Positions 25,721 to 37,400 of a stretch of DNA of 38,247 nucleotides are shown here, piece by piece; within the stretch, counting starts at the first letter, position 1; each line of letters starts with the position of its first letter. Under the pieces are notes generated by a model that was given only the letters and a program-made list of their open reading frames with translations, was not told where the DNA came from and did no database searches. This stretch comes from Malacoraja senta (taxonomy: Eukaryota). The stretch is from contig JAXLNO010000091.1 of assembly GCA_038087875.1 (NCBI GenBank), positions 1 to 38,247 of the forward strand. Reading direction: 5' to 3'. A program made the translations under genes and the position numbers.

Positions 25721-28700
25721 ATATGGCTACCTTGTCGGATTTGTGGCCACCTTGCCGGATTTATGACGACCATGTCGAAAATATGGCGACCATGCCGAAT
25801 TTGTGGCGACCTTGCCGGATTTGTGGCGACCTTGCCGGATTTATGGCGACCTTGCCGGATTTATGGCGACCTTGCCGGAAATATGTCGACCTTGAGGCAT
25901 TTGTGGCGACCTTGCCGGATTTATGGCGACCTTGCCGGATTTATGGCGACCTTGCCTGAAAAATGGCGACTTTACCGGATTTATGGCGACCTAACGGATT
26001 TATGGCGACTTTGCCGGATTTGTGGCGACCTTGCCGGATTTGTGGCGACCTTGCCGCATTTATGGCGACCTTGCCGGATTTATGGCGAGCTTGCCGCATT
26101 TATGGCGACGTTGCCGGAAATGCGGCGACCTTGCTTGAAATGGGGCGACCTTGACGGATTTATGGCGACCTTGTCGGATTTGTGTCCACCTTGCCGCATT
26201 TATGGCAACGTTGCCGGAAATGCGGCGACCTTCCCTGAAATGTGGCGACCTTGACGGATTTGTGGCGACCTTGCCGGATTTATGGCGACCTTGCCGGGGA
26301 TGTGGCGAACTTGCCGTATTTGTGGCGACCTTGCCGGATTTATGGCCACGTTGCCGCAAATGTGGCGACCTTGCCGGATTTGTGGCGACCTTGCCGGATT
26401 TATGGGGACCTTGCCGGATTTATGGCGACCTTGCCGGAAATATGTCGACCATGACGCATTTGTGGCGACCTTGCCGGATTTATGGCGAAGCTTGCCGGAA
26501 ATATGGCGACCTTGCCGCATTTGTGGCGACCTTGCAGGAAATATGGCGACCTTGCCGGGAATGTGGCGACCTTGCCGGATTTGTGCCGACCTTGCCGGAT
26601 TTATGGCGTCCTTGCCGGAAATGTGGCGACCTTGCCGGATTTGTGGCGACCTTGCCGGATTTATGGCGTCCTTGCCGGAAATGTGGCGGACCTTGCCGGA
26701 TTAATGGCGACCTTGTCGGATTTGTGTCCACCTTGCCGGATTTATGGCGACGTTGCCGGAAATGCGGCGACCTTGCCTGAAATACGGCGACCTTGACGGA
26801 TTTGTGGCGACCTTGCCGGATTTATGGCGACCTTGCCGGAGATGTGGCGACCTTGCCGGATTTATGGCGACCTTGTCGGATTTGTGTCCACCTTGCCGTA
26901 TTTATGGCGACGTTGCCGGAAATGCGGCGACCTTGCCTGAAATATGGCGACCTTGACGGATTTGTGGCGACCTTGCCGGATTTATGGCGGACATTGCCAG
27001 GGATGTGGCGACCTTGTCGGATTTGTGGCCACCTTGCCGGATTTATGACGACCATGTCGGAAATATGGCGACCATGCCGGATTTGTGGAGACCTTGCCGG
27101 ATTTATGGCGACCTTGCCTGAAATATGGCGACTTTGCCCGATTTATGGCGACTTTGCGGATTAATTGCGACCTTGCCGGGAATGTGGCGACCTTGCCGGA
27201 TTTGTGCCGACCTTGCCGGATTTATGGCGTCCTTGCCGGAAATGTGGCGACCTTGCCGGATTTGTGGCGACCTTGCCGGATTTATGGCGTCCTTGCAGGA
27301 AATGTGGCGACCTTGCCGCATTTGTGGCGACATTGCCGGATTTATGGCGACCTTGCAGGAAATATGGCGACCTTGCCGGGAATGTGGCGACCTTGCCGGA
27401 TTTGTGCCGACCTTGCCGGATTATGGCGCCCTTGCCGGAAATGTGGCGACCTTGCCGGATTTATGGCGACCTTCCCTGATTTGTGGCCACCTTGCCGGAT
27501 TTATGGCGCACTTGCTGGAAATATGGCTACCTTGTCGGATTTGTGGCCACCTTGCCGGATTTATGACGACCATGTCGGAAATATGGCGACCATGCCGAAT
27601 TTGTGGCGACCTTGCCGGATTTGTGGCGACCTTGCCGGATTTATGGCGACCTTGCCGGATTTATGGCGACCTTGCCGGAAATATGTCGACCTTGAGGCAT
27701 TTGTGGCGACCTTGCCGGATTTCTGGCGACCTTGCCGGATTTATGGCGACCTTGCCTGAAATATGGCGACTTTACCGGATTTATGGCGACCTAACGGATT
27801 TATGGCGACTTTGCCGGATTTGTGGCGACCTTGCCGGATTTGTGGCGACCTTGCCGCATTTATGGCGACCTTGCCGGATTTATGGCGAGCTTGCCGCATT
27901 TATGGCGACGTTGCCGGAAATGCGGCGACCTTGCTTGAAATGGGGCGACCTTGACGGATTTATGGCGACCTTGTCGGATTTGTGTCCACCTTGCCGCATT
28001 TATGGCAACGTTGCCGGAAATGCGGCGACCTTCCCTGAAATGTGGCGACCTTGACGGATTTGTGGCGACCTTGCCGGATTTATGGCGACCTTGCCGGGGA
28101 TGTGGCGAACTTGCCGTATTTGTGGCGACCTTGCCGGATTTATGGCCACGTTGCCGCAAATGTGGCGACCTTGCCGGATTTGTGGCGACCTTGCCGGATT
28201 TATGGGGACCTTGCCGGATTTATGGCGACCTTGCCGGAAATATGTCGACCATGACGCATTTGTGGCGACCTTGCCGGATTTATGGCGAGCTTGCCGGAAA
28301 TATGGCGACCTTGCCGCATTTGTGGCGACATTGCCGGATTTATGGCGACCTTGCAGGAAATATGGCGACCTTGCCGGGAATGTGGCGACCTTGCCGGATT
28401 TGTGCCGACCTTGCCGGATTTATGGCGCCCTTGCCGGAAATGTGGCGACCTTGCCGGATTTGTGGCGACCTTGCCGGATTTATGGCGTCCTTGCCGGAAA
28501 TGTGGCGACCTTGCCGGGATTAATGGCGACCTTGTCGGATTGTGTCCACCTTGCCGGGATTTATGGCGACGTTGCCGGAAATGCGGCGACCTTGCCTGAA
28601 ATACGGCGACCTTGACGGATTTGTGGCGACCTTGCCGGATTTATGGCGACCTTGCCGGAGATGTGGCGACCTTGCCGGATTTATGGCGACCTTGTCGGAT

Positions 28701-31700
28701 TTGTGTCCACCTTGCCGTATTTATGGCGACGTTGACGAAAATGCGGCGACCTTGCCTGAAATATGGCGACCTTGACGGATTTGTGGCGACCTTGCCGGAT
28801 TTATGGCGACATTGCCAGGGATGTGGCGACCTTGTCGGATTTGTGGCCACCTTGCCGGATTTATGACGACCATGTCGGAAATATGGCCGACCATGCCGGA
28901 TTTGTGGAGACCTTGCCGGATTTATGGCGACCTTGCCTGAAATAATGGCGACTTTGCCCGATTTATGGCGACTTTGCGGATTAATGGCGACCTTGCCGGG
29001 AATGTGGCGACCTTGCCGGATTTGTGCCGACCTTGCCGGATTTATGGCGTCCTTGCCGGAAATGTGGCGACCTTGCCGGATTTGTGGCGACCTTGCCGGA
29101 TTTATGGCGTCCTTGCCGGAAATGTGGCGACCTTGCCGCATTTGTGGCGACATTGCCGGATTTATGGCGACCTTGCAGGAAATATGGCGACCTTGCCGGG
29201 AATGTGGCGACCTTGCCGGATTTGTGCCGACATTGCCGGATTTATGGCGTCCTTGCCGGAAATGTGGCGACCTTGCCGGATTTATGGCGACCTTCCCTGC
29301 TTTGTGGCCACCTTGCCGGATATATGGCGCACTTGCTGGAAATATGGCTACCTTGTCGGATTTGTGGCCACCTTGCCGGATTTATGACGACCATGTCAGA
29401 AATATGGCGACCATGCCGAATTTATGGCGACCTTGCCGGATTTGTGGCGACCTTGCCGGATTTATGGCTACCTTGCCGGATTTATGGCGACCTTGCCGGA
29501 AATATGTCGACCTTGAGGCATTTGTGGCGACCTTGCCGGATTTATGGCGACCTTGCCGGATTTATGGCGACCTTGCCTGAAATATGGCGACTTTGCCGGA
29601 TTATGGCGACCTAACGGATTTGTGGCGACTTTGCCGGATTTGTGGGGACCTTGCCGGATTTGTGGCGACCTTGCCGGATTTATGGCGACCCTTGCCGGAT
29701 TTATGGCGAGCTTGCCGCATTTATGGCGACGATGCCGGAAATGCGGCGACCTTGCTTGAAATGGGGCGACCTTGACGGATTTATGGCGACCTTGTCGGAT
29801 TTGTGTCCACCTTGCCGCATTTATGGCAACGTTGCCGGAAATGCGGCGACCTTCCCTGAAATGTGGCGACCTTGACGGATTTGTGGCGACCTTGCCGGAT
29901 TTATGGCGACCTTGCCGGGGATGTGGCGAACTTGCCGTATTTGTGGCGACCTTGCCGGATTTATGGCCACGTTGCCGCAAATGTGGCGACCTTACCGGAT
30001 TTGTGGCGACCTTGCCGGATTTATGGCGACCTTGCCGGATTTATGGCGACCTTGCCGGAAATATGTCGACCTTGACGCATTTGTGGCGACCTTGCCGGAT
30101 TTATGGCGAGCTTGCCGGAAATATGGCGACCTTGCCGCATTTGTGGCGACATTGCCGGATTTATGGCGACCTTGCAGGAAATATGGCGACCTTGCCGGGA
30201 ATGTGGCGACCTTGCCGGATTGTGACGACCTTGCCGGGATTTATGGCGTCCTTGCCGGAAATGTGGCGACCTTGCCGGATTTGTGGCGACCTTGCCGGAT
30301 TTATGGCGTCCTTGCCGGAAATGTGGCGACCTTGCCGGATTTGTGCCGACCTTGCCGGATTTATGGCGTCCTTGCCGGAAATGTGGCGGACCTTGCCGGA
30401 TTTGTGGCGACCTTGCCGGATTTATGGCGTCCTTGCCCGGAAATGTGGCGACCTTGCCGGATTTGTGGCGACCTTGCCGGATTTATGGCGTCCTTGCCGG
30501 AAATGTGGCGACCTTGCCGCATTTGTGGCGACATTGCCGGATTTATGGCGACCTTGCAGGAAATATGGCGACCTTGCCGGGAATGTGGCGACCTTGCCGG
30601 ATTTGTGCCGACATTGCCGGATTTATGGCGTCCTTGCCGGAAATGTGGCGACCTTGCCGATTTATGGCGACCTTCCCTGATTTGTGGCCACCTGCCGGAT
30701 TTATGGCGCACTTGCTGGAAATATGGCTACCTTGTCGGATTGTGGCCACCTTGCCGGATTTATGACGACCATGTCAGAAATATGGCGACCATGCCGAATT
30801 TATGGCGACCTTGCCGGATTTGTGGCGACCTTGCCGGATTTATGGCTACCTTGCCGGATTTATGGCGACCTTGCCGGAAATATGTCGACCTTGAGGCATT
30901 TGTGGCGACCTTGCCGGATTTATGGCGACCTTGCCGGATTTATGGCGACCTTGCCTGAAATATGGAGACTTTGCCGGATTTATGGCGACCTAACGGATTT
31001 GTGGCGACTTTGCCGGATTTGTGGGGACCTTGCCGGATTTGTGGCGACCTTGCCGGATTTATGGCGACCTTGCCGGATTTATGGCGAGCTTGCCGCATTT
31101 ATGGCGACGTTGCCGGAAATGCGGCGACCTTGCTTGAAATGGGGCGACCTTGACGGATTTATGGCGACCTTGTCGGATTTGTGTCCACCTTGCCGCATTT
31201 ATGGCAACGTTGCCGGAAATGCGGCGACCTTCCCTGAAATGTGGCGACCTTGACGGATTTGTGGCGACCTTGCCGGATTTATGGCGACCTTGCCGGGGAT
31301 GTGGCGAACTTGCCGTATTTGTGGCGACCTTGCCGGATTTATGGCCACGTTGCCGCAAATGTGGCGACCTTACCGGATTTGTGGCGACCTTGCCGGATTT
31401 ATGGCGACCTTGCCGGATTTATGGCGACCTTGCCGGAAATATGTCGACCTTGACGCATTTGTGGCGACCTTGCCGGATTTATGGCGAGCTTGCCGGAAAT
31501 ATGGCGACCTTGCCGCATTTGTGGCGACATTGCCGGATTTATGGCGACCTTGCAGGAAATATGGCGACCTTGCCGGAATGTGGCGACCTTGCCGGATTTG
31601 TGACGACCTTGCCCGGATTTATGGCGTCCTTGCCGGAAATGTGGCGACCTTGCCGGATTTGTGGCGACCTTGCCGGATTTATGGCGTCCTTGCCGGAAAT

Positions 31701-33900
31701 GTGGCGACCTTGCCGGATTTGTGCCGACCTTGCCGGATTTATGGCGTCCTTGCCGGAAATGTGGCGACCTTGCCGGATTTGTGGCGACCTTGCCGGATTT
31801 ATGGCGTCCTTGCCGGAAATGTGGCGACCTTGCCGCATTTGTGGCGACATTGCCGGATTTATGGCGACCTTGCAGGAAATATGGCGACCTTGCCGGGAAT
31901 GTGGCGACCTTGCCGGATTTGTGCCTACCTTGCCGGATTTATGGCGTCCTTGCCGGAAATGTGGCGACCTTGCCGGATTTATGGCGACCTTCCCTGATTT
32001 GTGGCCACCTTGGCGGATTTATGGCGCACTTGCTGGAAATATGGCTACCTTGTCGGATTTGTGGCCACCTTTCCGGATTTATGACGACCATGTCGGAAAT
32101 ATGGCGACCATGCCGAATTTGTGGCGACCTTGCCGGATTTGTGGCGACCTTGCCGATTTATGGCGACCTTGCCGGATTTATGGCGACCTTGCCGGAAATA
32201 TGTCGACCTTGAGGCATTTGTGGCGACCTTGCCGGATTTATGGCGACCTTGCCGGATTTATGGCGACCTTGCCTGAAATATGGCGACTTTGCCGGATTTA
32301 TGGCGACCTAACGGATTTGTGGCGACTTTGCCGGATTTGTGGCGACTTTGCCGGATTTGTGGCGACCTTGCCGGATTTATGGCGACCTTGCCGGATTTAT
32401 GGCGAGCTTGCCGCATTTATGGCGACGTTGCCGGAAATGCGGCGACCTTGCTTGAAATGGGGCGACCTTGACGGATTTATGGCGACCTTGTCGGATTTGT
32501 GTCCACCTTGCCGCATTTATGGCAACGTTGCCGGAAATGCGGCGACCTTCCCTGAAATGTGGCGACCTTGACGGATTTGTGGCGACCTTGCCGGATTTAA
32601 GGCGACCTTGCCGGGATGTGGCGAACTTGCCGTATTTGTGGCGACCTTGCCCGGATTTATGGCCACGTTGCCGCAAATGTGGCGACCTTGCCGGATTTGT
32701 GGCGACCTTGCCGGATTTATGGCGACCTTGCCGGATTTATGGCGACCTTGCCGGAAATATGTCGACCTTGACGCATTTGTGGCGACCTTGCCGGATTTAT
32801 GGCGAGCTTGCCGGAAATATGGCGACCTTGCCGCATTTGTGGCGACATTGCCGGATTTATGGCGACCCTTGCAGGAAATATGGCGACCTTGCCTGGAATG
32901 TGGCGACCTTGCCGGATTTGTGACGACCTTGCCGGATTTATGGCGTCCTTGCCGGAAATGTGGCGACTTGCCGGATTTGTGGCGACCTTGCCGGATTTAT
33001 GGCGTCCTTGCCGGAAATGTGGCGACCTTGCCGGTTTAATGGCGACCTTGTCGGATTTGTGTCCACCTTGCCGGATTTATGGCGACGTTGCCGGAAATGC
33101 GGCGACCTTGCCTGAAATATGGCGACCTTGACGGATTTGTGGCGACCTTGCCGGATTTATGGCGACCTTGCGGGGATGTGGCGACCTTGCCGGATTTATG
33201 GCGACCTTGTCGGATTTGTGTCCACCTTGCCGTATGTATGGCGACGTTGCCGGAAATGCGGCGGACCTTGCCTGAAATATGGCGACCTTGACGGATTTGT
33301 GGCGACCTTGCCGGATTTATGGCGAAATTGCTAGGGATGTGGCGACCTTGTCGGATTTGTGGCCACCTTGCCGGATTTATGACGACCATGTATGAAATAT
33401 GGCGACCATGCCGGATTTGTGGAGACCTTGCCGGATTTATGGCGACCTTGCCTGAAATATGGCGACTTTGCCCGATTTTATGGCGACCTTGCGGATTAAT
33501 GGCGACCTTGCCGGGAATGTGGCGACCTTGCCGGATTTGTGCCGGCCTTGCCGGATTTATGGCGTCCTTGCCGGAAATGTGGCGACCTTGCCGGATTTGT
33601 GGCGACCTTGCCGGATTTATGGCGTCCTTGCCGGAAATGTGGCGACCTTGCCTGATTAATGGCGACCTTGTCGGATTTGTGTCCACCTTGCCGGATTTAT
33701 GGGGACGTTGCCGGAAATGCGGCGACCTTGCCTGAAATATGGCGACCTTGACGGATTTGTGGCGGCCTTGCCGGATTTATGGCGACCTTGCCGGGGATGT
33801 GGCGACCTTGCCGGATTTATGGCGACCTTGTCGGATTTGTGTCCACTTGCCGTATTTATGGCGACGTTGCCGGAAATGCGGCGACCTTGCCTGAAATATG
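25500..33900 (+). repeat. Five-copy higher-order repeat, periods 1800, 1820, 1379 and 1318 bp
   Basis: The 19-bp monomer marker CTAACGG occurs at 25991, 27791, 29611, 30990 and 32308. Each copy is accompanied by CTTGAGGCATT upstream and CTTGCTTGAAATGGGG downstream. ORF starts at 26151, 27951, 29772, 31150 and 32468 agree. Confidence 0.88.
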
Positions 33901-33999
33901 GCGACCTTGACGGATTTGTGGCGACCTTGCCGGATTTATGGCGACATTGCCGGGATGTGGCGACCTTGCCGTATTTGTGGCGACCTTGCCGGATTTATG

Positions 34000-36900
34000 G
34001 CGACCTTGCCGGAAATATGGCGACCTTGCCGGATTTGTGGCGACCTTGCGGGATTTATGGCGACCTTGCCGCAAATATGGCGTCCTTGCCGGATTTTTGG
34101 CGACCTTGCCGGATTTATGGCGACCTAGCCGGAAATATGGCGATCTTGCCGGATTTGTGGCGACCTTGCCGTATTTACGGCGATCGTGCCGGAAATAGGG
34201 CGACATTGCCGGATTTCTGGCGACCTTGCCGGAAATATGGCGACCGTGACGAAAATATGGCGACCTTGTCGGATTTGTGGCGACCTTGCCGGATTTATGG
34301 CGACCTTGCCGCATTTGTGGCGACCTTGCCGGATTTGTGGCGACCTTGCCGGATTTATGGCGACCTTGCCGGATTTATGGCGACCTTGCCGGAAATATGT
34401 CGACCTTGCCGGATTTGTGCCGACCTTGCCGGATTTATGGCGTCCTTGCCAGAAATGTGGCGACCTTGCCGGATTTGTGGCGACCTTGCAGGATTTATGG
34501 CGTCCTTGCAGGAAATGTGGCGACCTTGCCGGATTTATGGCGACCTTGTCTGATTTGTGACCACCTTGCCGGATTTATGGCGACGTTGCCGGAATTGCGG
34601 CGACCTTGCCTGATATGTGGCGACCTTGACAGATTTGTGGCGACCTTGCCGGATTTATCGCGAACTTGCCGGATTTATGGCGAACCTTGCCGGATTTATG
34701 GCGACCGTGACGAAAATATGGCAACCTTTTCGGATTTGTGGCGACCTTGCCGGATTTATGGCGACCTTGCCGGATTTATGGCGACCTTGCCGGAAATATG
34801 GCGACCTTGTCGGATTTGTGGCGACCTTGCCGGATTTATGGCGACCTTGCCGGGGATGTGGCGACCTTGCCGTATTTGTGGCGACCTTGCCGGATTTATG
34901 GCGACGTTGCCGCAAATGTGGCGACCTTGCCGGATTTGTGGCGACCTTGCCGGGTTTATGGCGACCTTGCCGGAAATATGGCGACCTTGCCGGATTTGTG
35001 GCGACCTTGCGGGATTTATGCCGACCTTGCCGCAAATATGCGTCCTTGCCGGATTGTGGCGACCTTGCCGGATTTATGGCGACCGTGCCGGAAATATGGC
35101 GACCTTGCCGGATTTGTGGCGACCTTGCCGGATTTATCGCGACCTTGCCGGATTTATGGCGACCTTGCCGGATTTATGTCGACCGTGACGAAATATGGCA
35201 ACCTTTTCGGATTTGTGGCGACCTTGCCGGATTTATGGCGACCTTGCCTGATTTATGGCGACCTTGCCGGATTTATGGCGACCTTGCCGGAAATATGGCG
35301 ACCTTGTCGGATTTGTGGCGACCTTGCCAGATTTATTTCGACCTTGCCTGAAATGTGGCGAACTTCCCGGATTTGTGTCGGCCTTGCCGGATTTATGGCG
35401 ACCTTGCCGAATTTGTGGCGACCTTGCGGATTTGTGGCGACCTTGCCGGATTTATGGCGACCTTGCCGGATTTATGGCGACCTTGCCGGAAATATGTCGA
35501 CCTTGAGGCATTTGTGGCGACCTTGCCGGATTTATGGCGACCTTGCCGGAAATATGGCGACCTTGCCGCATTTTGTGGCGACATTGCCGGTTTTATGGCG
35601 ACCTTGCAGGAAATAAGGCGACCTTGCCGGGAATGTGGCGACCTTGCCGGATTTGTGCCGACCTTGCCGGATTTATGGCGTCCTTGCCGGAAATGTGGCG
35701 ACCTTGCCGGATTTGTGGCGACCTTGCAGGAAATGTGGCGACCTTGCCGGATTTATGGCGACCTTGTCTGAATTGTGACCACCTTGCCGGATTTATGGCG
35801 ACGTTGCCGGAATTGCGGCGACCTTGCCTGATATGTGGCGACCTTGACAGATTTGTGGCGACCTTGTCGGATTTATCGCGACCTTGCCGGATTTATGGCG
35901 ACCTTGCCGGATTTATGGCGACCGTGACGAAAATATGGCAACCTTTTCGGATTTGTGGCGACCTTGCCGGATTTATGGCGACCTTGCCGGATTTATGGCG
36001 ACCTTGCCGGATTTATGGCGACCTTGCCGGAAATATGGCGACCTTGTCGGATTTGTGGCGACCTTGCCAGATTTATTGCGACCTTGCCTGAAATGTGGCG
36101 AACTTCCCGGATTGTGTCGCCCTTGCCGGATTTATGGCGACCTTGCCGAATTTGTGGCGACCTTGACGGATTTGTGGCGACCTTGCCGGATTTCTGGCGA
36201 CCTTGCCGGATTTATGGCGACCTTGCCGGAAATATGTCGACCTTGAGGCATTTGTGGCGACCTTGCCGGATTTATGGCGACCTTGCCGGAAATATGGCGA
36301 CCTTGCCGCATTTGTGGCGACATTGCCGGTTTTATGGCAACCTTGCAGGAAATATGGCGACCTTGCCGGGAATGTGGCGACCTTGCCGGATTTGTGCCGA
36401 CCTTGCCGGATTTATGGCGTCCTTGCCGGAAATGTGGCGACCTTGCCGGAAATGTGGCGACCTTGCAGGATTTATGGCGTCCTTGCAGGAAATGTGGCGA
36501 CCTTGCCGGATTTATGGCGACCTTGTCTGATTTGTGACCACCTTGCCGGATTTATGGCGACGTTGCCGGAATTGCGGCGACCTTGCCTGATATGTGGCGA
36601 CCTTGACAGATTTGTGGCGACCTTGCCGGATTTATGGCGACCTTGCCGGATTTATGGCGACCTTGCCGGAAATATGGCGACCTTGTCGGATTTGTGGCGA
36701 CCTTGCCAGATTTATTGCGACCTTGCCTGAAATGTGGCGAACTTCCCGGATTTGTGTAGGCCTTGCCGGATTTATGGCGACCTTGCCGAATTTGTGGCGA
36801 CCTTGCCGGATTTGTGGCGACCTTGCCGGATTTATGGCGACCTTGCCGGATTTATGGCGACCTTGCCGGAAATATGTCGACCTTGAGGCATTTGTGGCAA

Positions 36901-37400
36901 CCTTGCCGGATTTATGGCGACCTTGCCGGAAATATGGCGACCTTGCCGCATTTGTGGCGACATTGCCGGTTTTATGGCGACCTTGCAGGAAATATGGCGA
37001 CCTTGCCGGGAATGTGGCGACCTTGCCGGATTTGTGCCGACCTTGCCGGATTTATGGCGTCCTTGCCGGAAATGTGGCGACCTTGCCGGATTTGTGGCGA
37101 CCTTGCAGGATTTATGGCGTCCTTGCAGGGAATGTGGCGACCTTGCCGGATTTATGGCGACCTTGTCTGATTTGTGACCACCTTGCCGGATTTATGGCGA
37201 CGTTGCCGGAATTGTGGCGACCTTGCCTGATATGTGGCGACCTTGACAGATTTGTGGCGACCTTGACGGATTTTTGGCGACCTTGCCGGGGATGTGGCGA
37301 CCTTGCCGTATTTGTGGCGACCTTGCCGGATTTATGGCGACGTTGCCGCAAATGTGGCGACCTTGCCGGATTTGTGGCGACCTTGCGGGATTTATGGCGA
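34000..37400 (+). repeat. Satellite domain 3 with 640-760-bp higher-order units
   Basis: The private block GTCTGA(T/A)TTGTGACCAC...GGAATTG(C/T)GG...CCTGATATGTGG...TTGACAGAT recurs with TGATATGTGG at 34611, 35829, 36588 and 37228 (spacings 1218, 759, 640). GACCGTGACGAA occurs at ~34242, 34703, 35181 and 35920. Confidence 0.8.

Larger units (their letters stand above)
15400..33900 (+). repeat. Satellite domain/subfamily 2
   Basis: GACCTCGCC and GGGTTT variants almost disappear. They are replaced by GCCTGAAAT, GGCGTCCTT, GGAAATGTGG, GGAAATGCGG, GTGTCCACC, GGCGAGCTT, GCAGGAAAT, TTGACGGAT and GACGACCATGTCGG. Confidence 0.85.
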
